A DNA stretch of 64,000 nt from Micavibrio sp. GTDB lineage: Bacteria > Pseudomonadota > Alphaproteobacteria > Micavibrionales > Micavibrionaceae. Each line of letters opens with the position of its first letter. Positions within the stretch are counted from its first letter, which is position 1. Shown piece after piece: positions 31,098-39,260 of this stretch. A model generated the notes under the pieces. The model was not told where the DNA came from, searched no databases, and worked only from the letters and a program-made list of their open reading frames with translations. The stretch spans positions 10,355 to 74,354 of the forward strand of contig JAPJRC010000004.1 of the NCBI GenBank assembly GCA_030824805.1, in the 5' to 3' direction. Position numbers and translations under genes: made by a program.

Positions 31098-31241
31098 ATG
31101 AAAGTTTTGACTTGTATAAAAGCTATTTTTTCATCTCCCACCAAAGTGTGTGAGCTTTGCGGCGGTGAAAAAAAGCTGTCTGGATGGGCAGATGACTACT
31201 ATCAGTGCGCAACATGTAAACGCGGCACATTTGAGATTTAA
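31098..31241 (+). CDS. putative 47-aa zinc-ribbon micro-protein
   Basis: MKVLTCIKAIFSSPTKVCELCGGEKKLSGWADDYYQCATCKRGTFEI, two CxxC pairs; below the ORF-track size cut-off; convergent with the SGNH gene. Confidence 0.3.
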   Translation: MKVLTCIKAIFSSPTKVCELCGGEKKLSGWADDYYQCATCKRGTFEI

Positions 31242-32530
31242 GGAAACATTGCTTGTATTGCGCCTCTCACATTCAATCCAGCCAAAGTATGGCCATTTTG
31301 CGAAGGATGTAACCCATCCCCGGTCACGAGAAACGGGGTAATTCCGTCGACAAGGGCTTTATACGTGCCTGCTGGATCACGCATGTTTGCCATCGAAACC
31401 AGCGCATCAATAGTTCCGTCCGCAAGTTTCGTAGCTAGCCAATCGTTGAATTGAACCGCCACACCAGATGGCGGCGTCCATGCCGAACTGACCGTCTGGC
31501 CTGCATATGTGAGAAAATTATCTGTAGAACTTCCGCTAAATAGCAACTCTGTGCGGATAATTTTCTCAACACCGCTGCTTCTGTACAACGACCAAAGACC
31601 GTTGGCTCGACTTTGTGCTGTGGCCAGCGTTACACCTCCGCCGTTAATATCGTTCGTCATATACTCGTCGATGGCACATTTACAGTACTTGATATATCGC
31701 TTTGCGTTGTGCCCCCCAGTTAGCAGTGTTGATTGAGACGAGGATCTTGCGCAATTTATGGACGGGTAAATTCCGTTAGCATCACCAACGGCGCGTGATA
31801 GAAAGCCTCCTCCATAAATTCCATTAGGCCCATCGCCTGCACCTTCAGCGATAGACGTGCCGGACAAGAAAAACGAAGGTGCATCTACAACAGGGTTCCC
31901 CAACACAACAGGATGGTAACCGAAGGCTGCATATTGTGGAGATGATCCAGTTGCAGTAAAAGGACCAGATTCGTTAGTCGACGAAAGTGTCGTGAGCGCT
32001 GAATCATAATGCCCGTATTGAACACCAGGGTAGGAATTCCGCAAACCCACGTCATAAGGATACGCACCATTGGCTGGAAAAGAAAACTTTGTTTTGATCC
32101 AATAATATTCCCCTTTGCCTATATAATCCAACCCAAAGTCCTGAGCGAATATTGGGTTTGAGTTTAGGTCACTGGTGTAGGATGACAATTGCAAAGGCGA
32201 TCCCACAGGAAAAGTTACTGGCACCACCGCACCATTCGGTGCTATTACCGCGCATTCGTCAATTTGACCAATATTTCCGACACTCAGTTCGTTCCCGCCG
32301 ACATTATACCACCAGAACGACAACACTAATGTCCTCGCATCCTGTCCAATAAGGGCTGGAATATATGAGAAACCAGATTGCCTGCCACCCGAAACAGTTG
32401 TTTTGTTGTTCGCGAGGCGCTGGTTAACGCCTATAACACGTAGTGGAGTAGTAATTGGTGGAACGTTATCAGAGTTCCGATAACCCAAACCCAAGCCGTT
32501 ATCAAATCCAAGCATTCCTATACGTCTCAT
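31238..32530 (-). CDS. tail-fibre-like protein with C-terminal SGNH/GDSL hydrolase domain
   Basis: 430 aa; the C-terminal half carries SGNH blocks (LSGTSIAEGAG, YMTNDINGGG, GDGLHPS = DxxH); the N-terminal half is Gly/Ser/Asn-rich like receptor-binding proteins. Confidence 0.6.
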   Translation of the reverse strand: MRRIGMLGFDNGLGLGYRNSDNVPPITTPLRVIGVNQRLANNKTTVSGGRQSGFSYIPALIGQDARTLVLSFWWYNVGGNELSVGNIGQIDECAVIAPNGAVVPVTFPVGSPLQLSSYTSDLNSNPIFAQDFGLDYIGKGEYYWIKTKFSFPANGAYPYDVGLRNSYPGVQYGHYDSALTTLSSTNESGPFTATGSSPQYAAFGYHPVVLGNPVVDAPSFFLSGTSIAEGAGDGPNGIYGGGFLSRAVGDANGIYPSINCARSSSQSTLLTGGHNAKRYIKYCKCAIDEYMTNDINGGGVTLATAQSRANGLWSLYRSSGVEKIIRTELLFSGSSTDNFLTYAGQTVSSAWTPPSGVAVQFNDWLATKLADGTIDALVSMANMRDPAGTYKALVDGITPFLVTGDGLHPSQNGHTLAGLNVRGAIQAMFP

Positions 32531-32536
32531 ATTCGC

Positions 32537-32731
32537 CTACCTGCCAGCCGCCGCACGTTCGTTGTGCGCCGTAATATTTTGCATGGATTCCCGATCAAGT
32601 TTCACTCTATTGGATAAGGGGATTACTTCTGACACACACGTCGACCGGGGCGTCGAACACGCTGCTAGCACAGAAACGGCGCACAAGTTCAGTATCATCA
32701 AGGCGACGGATTTTATTGAGATGCACTGCAT
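32537..32731 (-). CDS. o-spanin (Rz1-like outer-membrane lipoprotein)
   Basis: Lipobox VLAAC after a signal peptide (MQCISIKSVALMILNLCAVSVLAAC); the gene starts inside the i-spanin gene in another frame and extends past it; the start could instead be 32698 or 32782. Confidence 0.6.
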   Translation of the reverse strand: MQCISIKSVALMILNLCAVSVLAACSTPRSTCVSEVIPLSNRVKLDRESMQNITAHNERAAAGR

Positions 32732-32918
32732 TTTCTTTCCTAACATTAAGTTCAGCAACGGCAAAATTAGCCTTAGTTTCATTTACACCGCGGGTGTAAG
32801 CCATTTCTTCGCGGTGCTGGAGATAAAGAAAAGCCCCAATTGCAAAGACAACCAGGGCGATATGGGCTTTATACTCCCAAAGCCAGCTAGAGATATTTTT
32901 TATGGCGATCCATTTCAT
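32607..32918 (-). CDS. i-spanin (Rz-like inner-membrane spanin)
   Basis: N-terminal TM (IALVVFAIGAFLYL), a charged coiled-coil periplasmic domain, ATGA overlap with the endolysin stop, o-spanin embedded. Confidence 0.7.
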   Translation of the reverse strand: MKWIAIKNISSWLWEYKAHIALVVFAIGAFLYLQHREEMAYTRGVNETKANFAVAELNVRKENAVHLNKIRRLDDTELVRRFCASSVFDAPVDVCVRSNPLIQ

Positions 32919-33370
32919 GAAAGCTTACCTCCCACCCCCACAAAGAAATCACGTAGGGCTATCATAGTGTTTTCGTGTTGACCGTATCCGGCGCCAGGCA
33001 GTGACGCCCAAATATTGGCACACTTTCGCACCGCCAGCTCGAAGCGGCCGGCTTCTACATCGGCCATAGCCCGCTGCTCTCGTATCATTTGAACGGCGAT
33101 AGCGTCTTGTGACGCCGGAGAAAAATCCCTCAAATTCAAAGTCACGCGGTAAGCGTCATAATATCTTGCAAGAATTTGGTAACGACCGGCGGCCGTGCTG
33201 GTCACAAATTTTCCCTTGATTGCGAACCGTAGCTTTTTGCGAGGATGATCATTATATCCTTGAAAGTAGCCGCCACCGTATAAGACGTTATATCCATCAT
33301 GGCCTTTACCGAATGTGCCTTCAGAATATGCGATCGTATCCAGAAATGGCTTGAGATTCTTATTGAGCAT
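32915..33370 (-). CDS. endolysin, lambda R-type lytic transglycosylase
   Basis: Strong similarity to lambda R: FLDTIAYSEGT, GYNVLYGG, YNDHP, GAGRYQILARYYDAY, KDFSPASQDAIAVQMI, CANIWASLPGAGYGQ; start set at MLNKNLKPF. Confidence 0.9.
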   Translation of the reverse strand: MLNKNLKPFLDTIAYSEGTFGKGHDGYNVLYGGGYFQGYNDHPRKKLRFAIKGKFVTSTAAGRYQILARYYDAYRVTLNLRDFSPASQDAIAVQMIREQRAMADVEAGRFELAVRKCANIWASLPGAGYGQHENTMIALRDFFVGVGGKLS

Positions 33371-33650
33371 CAGGCACCTTTGATTCCGCCGTTGTTTGAA
33401 CGGTCTTTGTTGTGATTTCTTCCACGCGTTGCATTCCGAAGCGCGCCGCAATCAAATTTTGCGCCCCTTTGTCGCCGACAAGGACAAATAGGGTTGCAGG
33501 TATTGCCCACATCAATCCGTCCCACAGATTGCTTATTGTGTCATTGTCTATGCCTTTTATCGTAACTGCATAGACGATCATGCTTGCCCAAACATGCAAG
33601 GCGGCAACGCTAAACTTCATGGCCGCGCGGCCCGTGTTTTGATCCGTCAT
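33360..33650 (-). CDS. putative holin
   Basis: 96 aa, two TM helices, a charged C-terminus, possible dual start (M1/M11), immediately upstream of and overlapping the endolysin. Confidence 0.6.
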   Translation of the reverse strand: MTDQNTGRAAMKFSVAALHVWASMIVYAVTIKGIDNDTISNLWDGLMWAIPATLFVLVGDKGAQNLIAARFGMQRVEEITTKTVQTTAESKVPDAQ

Positions 33651-34057
33651 CTGTTTGAACTTTCCAAGCGGTCCTCTATCTTCTCCAATCGATCCTGAAG
33701 ATTGACGATTTGCGCGTCTCTGAGACGCCGGGAGGACTCTATTTCTGCCTTGGTAACATATCCTGCCTGGCTCTTTTCCATCGTTTCGAGCTTGTAATTT
33801 GCAATAGTAATTTGCGATTTCAGATCAACGATTTCATTTTTCATTTCGTCGCGAAATTTTACGATTTCGGACTTCATATCTTCTCTGCTATCGCGAACAT
33901 TGGAATTGATGGATGAGAAATATGCCCACCCTCCGCCGATTGCGGCTATGACGGCCCATTGGAATATGCTCTGGAAAATTTGACCCCAATCGATTTTCAT
34001 GCGCACGCCTGTGCTTTGACCATCCACTTCGACCTCAGCATCCATATTAATATCCAA
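33647..34057 (-). CDS. membrane-anchored coiled-coil protein (lysis-associated or tail-associated, unknown)
   Basis: One TM (WAVIAAIGGGWAYF) followed by heptad-rich K/E repeats; 4-bp overlap with the holin. Confidence 0.45.
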   Translation of the reverse strand: MDINMDAEVEVDGQSTGVRMKIDWGQIFQSIFQWAVIAAIGGGWAYFSSINSNVRDSREDMKSEIVKFRDEMKNEIVDLKSQITIANYKLETMEKSQAGYVTKAEIESSRRLRDAQIVNLQDRLEKIEDRLESSNR

Positions 34058-34151
34058 TCATTTGTGTCAGCATGCACCGTAATTTTCCCCACTCTGTCGT
34101 AATTATATGTCCATCAGCACTCCATTGAGCGTTTCGGGCAATGTTGAGACT

Positions 34152-35429
34152 TTACAGCCTCCCGGTATATTTGAATTTCAGAGTGTGGATGTCGCATCCT
34201 TTTAATGATGCGCATTTGTTTCGGTGGACCTTTTCGTTATCGACAGAGATCAACCCGCGGCTTATTGCATCCTGTATTTCGGACCAGCCGCCGAGCTGCT
34301 GATACTCGACCAATCTTTTGATACGATCATCCATAGGATCCAGAAGCACCGGTATAAGATCGGGTTCGTTATGCAAAAATGGATGGGGGATAATATCCAT
34401 ATCCGCATTTTTGATATCATTCGTTATCTCTTGCGCCTCTGCCTGCACACTGGCGCCATCCATGTATTCTTCCAAAGTTCTACGCTTGGCAACCATGCGA
34501 TATTTTTTGCCGGTTACTTTGCATTTATGCGTGCAACGAATATCGGTTGGCCCGTTATAGGCCCAGGGCGGCACTTCAGCCAGATACGTGCCTACGACAT
34601 CTCCGGAAGAATTCAACAAGGCGTAGAAAAAGCCACCAACCTCTCCCTCACCAATGTCATAGGGCGGCGATGAAGTGACATAGCGTTGACTGTAACTCAC
34701 GTTCCTGTTTGAAGATGATCCACCTTTCGACACTTGGGGATAGAACCCAAACTCACCGCCCGGAAGAGAAGTATAGCCAGTGCCGCTGACCGTCGATCCG
34801 TTTTGTCGTCTTACGCCTAGGCGGCCGGCCGTACCGCTAAAGCTGCTGGGTCCACCGGAGAAGACGGTCACGTCGATAAAACCGTCACTATCAATAAAAA
34901 ATCCGAACGAACCGGTACCGAGGCTCGTGTTCAAATCCCCCTGAGAAACGGTAATAATGCCGGTGCTTTCGTTCGTTCCCGCCAATTGCAAGAAAGTACC
35001 GTCATAAATTGCGGTATAAAAGCCATCTTGAATAATGTCATTGGCGGCCAAAGCAGCCAATCCGCTTTCGGTTTTCTTCCGAAATGGGATGGGCGACAAA
35101 GGATCGATCCCGTCGATGACCGCATCCACCGGCCCGCCGTTGGATGACAGGGCTATAAATTTGAACTCCATGCCGTCGCCGAGTTCCGACAAACCGAGCG
35201 GCGTGGTCAAGGTTAAATGGTCGGAAGTGCCTGCAACAGCGCATTTGATGAATTCATTGCTTTGCACATCGCGCGCATTGGGAACGATAATTCCACCTGG
35301 CGTAACACTATCACCCACATGGATGCGCTTCTTGGTGATGTTGTAGCCAAATTCTGCCAACGCAATCACGGCAGAGCCTATTACCGAATCCACGCCTCTA
35401 CGATGTTGTACCTGCTCGGTTATCGCCAT
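34152..35429 (-). CDS. phage tail fibre protein
   Basis: 425-aa Gly/Ser/Thr-rich protein directly downstream of the J-like protein. Confidence 0.6.
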   Translation of the reverse strand: MAITEQVQHRRGVDSVIGSAVIALAEFGYNITKKRIHVGDSVTPGGIIVPNARDVQSNEFIKCAVAGTSDHLTLTTPLGLSELGDGMEFKFIALSSNGGPVDAVIDGIDPLSPIPFRKKTESGLAALAANDIIQDGFYTAIYDGTFLQLAGTNESTGIITVSQGDLNTSLGTGSFGFFIDSDGFIDVTVFSGGPSSFSGTAGRLGVRRQNGSTVSGTGYTSLPGGEFGFYPQVSKGGSSSNRNVSYSQRYVTSSPPYDIGEGEVGGFFYALLNSSGDVVGTYLAEVPPWAYNGPTDIRCTHKCKVTGKKYRMVAKRRTLEEYMDGASVQAEAQEITNDIKNADMDIIPHPFLHNEPDLIPVLLDPMDDRIKRLVEYQQLGGWSEIQDAISRGLISVDNEKVHRNKCASLKGCDIHTLKFKYTGRL

Positions 35430-35437
35430 ACTATCCT

Positions 35438-37600
35438 CTAAAAAGTTCCAAAATCTGTGAATGCGGCTGGGGCGTCTGCGAAACTTCCGTAATCCTGAAA
35501 ACCCGTCAGGGTGTTACTGAACAAACCATAATCTCTGGTGCCACCGACGCCGCCAGAACTGCCTGCAACAAATCCGGAAATGGTCTGCCAGGCGGAACCG
35601 ACACCAAGGCGATTGAACGCGCGAATGCTTAGATCATACGTAGCACCGAGAGACGCTGAGAAGGCGTCGGCCTGCGTTTCATAACCCTCGATGCGTCCGC
35701 CGACCGGAATCCAAACCGCCGAATCGGATTTTTTGTAACGGATTTGAATGTATCCACCCTCCTGGACAAAAACGTCCGAGTGCAGCGTCCATGAGGGTAC
35801 AATACGGAAGGTAAGATCCCCTTCCACCGTTTCGATGGGGAAGGAATTGACTGCTAGCCCCACCACAGCAGAAACTACGAACGGGTTCGGCATTTCTGTG
35901 CGCGGTGCCGCCGACGTCGGGCGCTCGTAATCAGTATGCCAGGCGTAGACATTGGCATCCGTTTCATCCAGCACGAGATCCACGCCCCAAACTTGTGCAC
36001 CTTCCATCTTGTCTGCGACCCTTTGGCGGCTGTACACCTCAAAGACTTTCCCATCCCAACCGCGCTTTGGTCGTGTGATTGTGATAGTATCGGTTGGCTC
36101 CAGCGGCAAACTTCGCAGCGTTGCTGGGAAATTCACGCGTTGCTCGCGTCGGTTTTGCTCTATCTTGATTTTTGCAAGACGTTGCGCCGTTGTCGGCCGT
36201 GGCGTAAACGGCAAGGGCAATTCAGAATAAGCCTTTTCACCACCATCTTGCTCTACGTAGTCCGCGATACTTACTTCTGGGTAGTCAGAGGATTGCCAGA
36301 AGTTTATAGGCCCGTTAAAGATGCCTTTGACAGAATTGAAACTTGATATTCTTGACCGCCACGGATCAATAGTCATAGCGCGCCGGCAATCGCTTTCTGT
36401 GAGTTCCATTACTGGTGGTCTGTACATGGCCGAGTGGAGCTTCCAGTGTCCACCCGGAGCACAATACGTCGCACCCATACCCGTTAGAATATCAGTGAGG
36501 TTTTCACCCCGCGTGCGGCCACGATCAATGATCCCGCCTCCATGATAACGCGGCTCTGCATTAACCCGGAAAGTAAGGGCTCCGTTGTGGCCCGTGCCAA
36601 GGGCGACGTAGTTGCCGGCCATGGCGTTATCCAGCGATGTGGCCAGTGCTATCCGCGGATTTTGCCCATACTGTATTGGCACAGCAAAGTAATCTGTTCC
36701 GGCGCTTATGCCTGATGGCAAATCTCCGGTGGAGTGCAGCCGACCGCGATCGCCTCGAACAATCTCCAGCGTGGCCCCCTCCAACGATAGCAGGTTTCCG
36801 GATACGGCTTTGATCGTGTAATTACGCTCTTTGACAGCGACCATTTCATCGCAGTTGTTGGCAGAAGCAATGATAGCGACGTCATCGATATCCGCGGCTG
36901 CTACCCCCAGACCGTATTTGCCATGAACGTAATCACGCCCCATCAATGCTATGTTCATTCCCCACTTGGTTTCGTCATTCCTGGGATCGAACAACTTCTT
37001 TCCGCGCACGACCGCGCTTACGTTGGGCGTACCCGTAGGATATGCATCGCGATTATAGGTCATTCGAACATATACGCCTGCGACACCCCTTCCGCGATGG
37101 TTTGCTGTCCAGTTAGGGACTTCCGCAACAAGGTTTGGGTCCGCCAGCTGACCTTCGGTTCCCAAAAATTTCTTGATGCGCATATATCCGGCATATCTGC
37201 CTTGCGTGACATTTCCATTGGCATCAAGCCAGTCATTTGGCACGACCTGATCATTAATCCATACCTCATCGATACCCGCGACTTCATGGCCTGCCAGCGG
37301 TATAATGATGTGGAAGTATTTTTTGCTCGAAGTGCTCGTGACGAAAATCACCGGACCTGATACTCGAACCTCACCGTACAATATTTTCCGGGTTGTAATG
37401 GCTTGACGAACTTGGACAGTTCGGCCGTTCGACTGGCTTACAAAGTCAGGCGTCTTGGGTCTGTTCATGACAGATTGCAGCACGCTGACGCCAAAAGTGA
37501 TGCCGCCAGCCAACAAGGCTGCGCCGAACGATGCCCCTATGATGGCAGCATTCGCGGCCGCGAAGGCTCCAGCGATAACTGCAGCACCGATTGCGGGCAT
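35438..37600 (-). CDS. phage host-specificity / central tail fibre protein (lambda J or GTA g15-like)
   Basis: 720 aa, at the lambda J position after the NlpC/P60 hub proteins; N-terminal hydrophobic Ala/Gly stretch. Confidence 0.7.
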   Translation of the reverse strand: MPAIGAAVIAGAFAAANAAIIGASFGAALLAGGITFGVSVLQSVMNRPKTPDFVSQSNGRTVQVRQAITTRKILYGEVRVSGPVIFVTSTSSKKYFHIIIPLAGHEVAGIDEVWINDQVVPNDWLDANGNVTQGRYAGYMRIKKFLGTEGQLADPNLVAEVPNWTANHRGRGVAGVYVRMTYNRDAYPTGTPNVSAVVRGKKLFDPRNDETKWGMNIALMGRDYVHGKYGLGVAAADIDDVAIIASANNCDEMVAVKERNYTIKAVSGNLLSLEGATLEIVRGDRGRLHSTGDLPSGISAGTDYFAVPIQYGQNPRIALATSLDNAMAGNYVALGTGHNGALTFRVNAEPRYHGGGIIDRGRTRGENLTDILTGMGATYCAPGGHWKLHSAMYRPPVMELTESDCRRAMTIDPWRSRISSFNSVKGIFNGPINFWQSSDYPEVSIADYVEQDGGEKAYSELPLPFTPRPTTAQRLAKIKIEQNRREQRVNFPATLRSLPLEPTDTITITRPKRGWDGKVFEVYSRQRVADKMEGAQVWGVDLVLDETDANVYAWHTDYERPTSAAPRTEMPNPFVVSAVVGLAVNSFPIETVEGDLTFRIVPSWTLHSDVFVQEGGYIQIRYKKSDSAVWIPVGGRIEGYETQADAFSASLGATYDLSIRAFNRLGVGSAWQTISGFVAGSSGGVGGTRDYGLFSNTLTGFQDYGSFADAPAAFTDFGTF

Positions 37601-38038
37601 CTATATTCTCCAGGCCTTGAAGCCGTACCGAAGAGGTAGGCGCACCACGCCCCTCTCCTCCGAAACCGCTACGATATACCGACCCGACAGATCAACAATC
37701 CCAATTGCCGGTCCATCTTCAGTTTCAAACATGATGGCATCCCCGCGCTGTGCCATCATGGTTGTTGGCAAGGCTGCACCGAGCGTCGCGTCGGCGAGCG
37801 CTTCCAGATTTGCGTATCCTTTCGATGTTATGAGCGCCTCTGCAGCGTCTTTGGAACTGTATAAATTCCGAAATTCTTGACCGTAATCCACGCCAGTCAT
37901 GGCGAGGCACGCACCCACAGCAAAAAGGGCGCAATCAAAATCTCCGCGCACGAACGCTTTCTGCCGGACATCTTTGAGATATGCATCAAGAACCTCCGGC
38001 CAATTTTCAAATCTGCTTCTGCTCACTAATCCCCCCAC
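37601..38038 (-). CDS. NlpC/P60-family phage cell-wall peptidase (tail-associated)
   Basis: 145 aa with a catalytic Cys region (DCALFAVGACLAMTGVDYG), GTA g14-like position. Confidence 0.65.
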   Translation of the reverse strand: MGGLVSRSRFENWPEVLDAYLKDVRQKAFVRGDFDCALFAVGACLAMTGVDYGQEFRNLYSSKDAAEALITSKGYANLEALADATLGAALPTTMMAQRGDAIMFETEDGPAIGIVDLSGRYIVAVSEERGVVRLPLRYGFKAWRI

Positions 38039-38625
38039 GCAACTTCAGCGTCTTGCATTTGCGGCACATATTCAAAAAAACGATCGCCCGGGTAATCTAT
38101 CTGTTGATCTTCATGGGTATAGCGCCGCTCGTTCGGACGGGTCAGCATCACCAAGTCGCTTTCTGCATTCAATGTGATTACCGGATTTGTAGGATCGTCA
38201 AGCAACGGCATAGAATCCATTTTTCCTGTAAATTCCCGGACGGGATTCATGATAAGCTCATCGGCTTTGATAATGCTGTTGGTATCTGGATCGTAAGCAG
38301 GCATGGCAGCGGGATTGATAAATCCAGACCATACGCGAGCCGGGCGGCCGCGGGGACGCGTGTTCAACGCTGCCGATACGATCTCGGGAATGCCAGACAA
38401 TTGTATGCGAGTGTTTTGCGCTTCTAGCGTTTGAGTTTCCGCAGCCGTTTCAATTTTTAGGAGAGCGCCGCCACCGTAGAAAATTTTATCCGACCAACTG
38501 ATGACCCCATATCCTGTCCAAAGCCCAAGCACGCCTTCTTCAAATTCCAGCTCAATAAGTGAAACCGGATAAAGAATATTTTTCTCGAGCTCTTCAAAAA
38601 GCGCTTCGCTGACATCTTCTCTCAA
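38026..38625 (-). CDS. phage tail hub protein (DUF2163 / BR0599-like)
   Basis: Position between the DUF2460-like and NlpC/P60 genes as in GTA-like tail clusters. Confidence 0.5.
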   Translation of the reverse strand: MREDVSEALFEELEKNILYPVSLIELEFEEGVLGLWTGYGVISWSDKIFYGGGALLKIETAAETQTLEAQNTRIQLSGIPEIVSAALNTRPRGRPARVWSGFINPAAMPAYDPDTNSIIKADELIMNPVREFTGKMDSMPLLDDPTNPVITLNAESDLVMLTRPNERRYTHEDQQIDYPGDRFFEYVPQMQDAEVAWGD

Positions 38626-39257
38626 GGCACCACCTCACGAGCATCAAATCCAACGTTTGAGAAAACCGGTCGGGACCGTACAATTTCGCTTGATGGTTGC
38701 GCGAGACGGAAACAGCCACGGGCATTCTGGACAGTCACAGGCGTATCCACTGCCAGATCGTATCGTGTAGACGGCCACACTGTGATTTCACCATGTCCAG
38801 AAGCATTACTGTCTACATCGAACAAAACTTGGTGAAGTCGCGCATCCGAGCCTACCCCAATCTGGACATGGTCCCCTTCAAGAAGATATCCGAAAGCATT
38901 CAGAGGCAAACCTTTAAGCTGTACAGTATTAACCCGTGCTGAATGCAACAACCTTACTTTGGGCACTCCGGGATTTGTTTTTGCGATGCCCCTTGGAACC
39001 GCACGAATGGGATCTCCCAGCAAAAAATAGCCTTCACGGCCGTTGAGCTTGCCGAAAAATGCCTCCCATCTAGCAGAAGCGTCGCTCTTCAGGGGCGGTA
39101 AAGCAATCTGTGCCTCCCACCACTGCCCGGCGGAGACCTGGATTTGCTCTTCTCCGGTATAGGGGGACATAGTTCCGTCTGATACGGACCGTTTACGAAT
39201 TGTGATACTGGCTTTGCCTTCAGAAGGAAGATCTAAAGGATACGTGATGACTGGCAT
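38622..39257 (-). CDS. distal tail protein (DUF2460-like)
   Basis: 211 aa, immediately downstream of the tape measure. Confidence 0.5.
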   Translation of the reverse strand: MPVITYPLDLPSEGKASITIRKRSVSDGTMSPYTGEEQIQVSAGQWWEAQIALPPLKSDASARWEAFFGKLNGREGYFLLGDPIRAVPRGIAKTNPGVPKVRLLHSARVNTVQLKGLPLNAFGYLLEGDHVQIGVGSDARLHQVLFDVDSNASGHGEITVWPSTRYDLAVDTPVTVQNARGCFRLAQPSSEIVRSRPVFSNVGFDAREVVP

Positions 39258-39260
39258 GTC

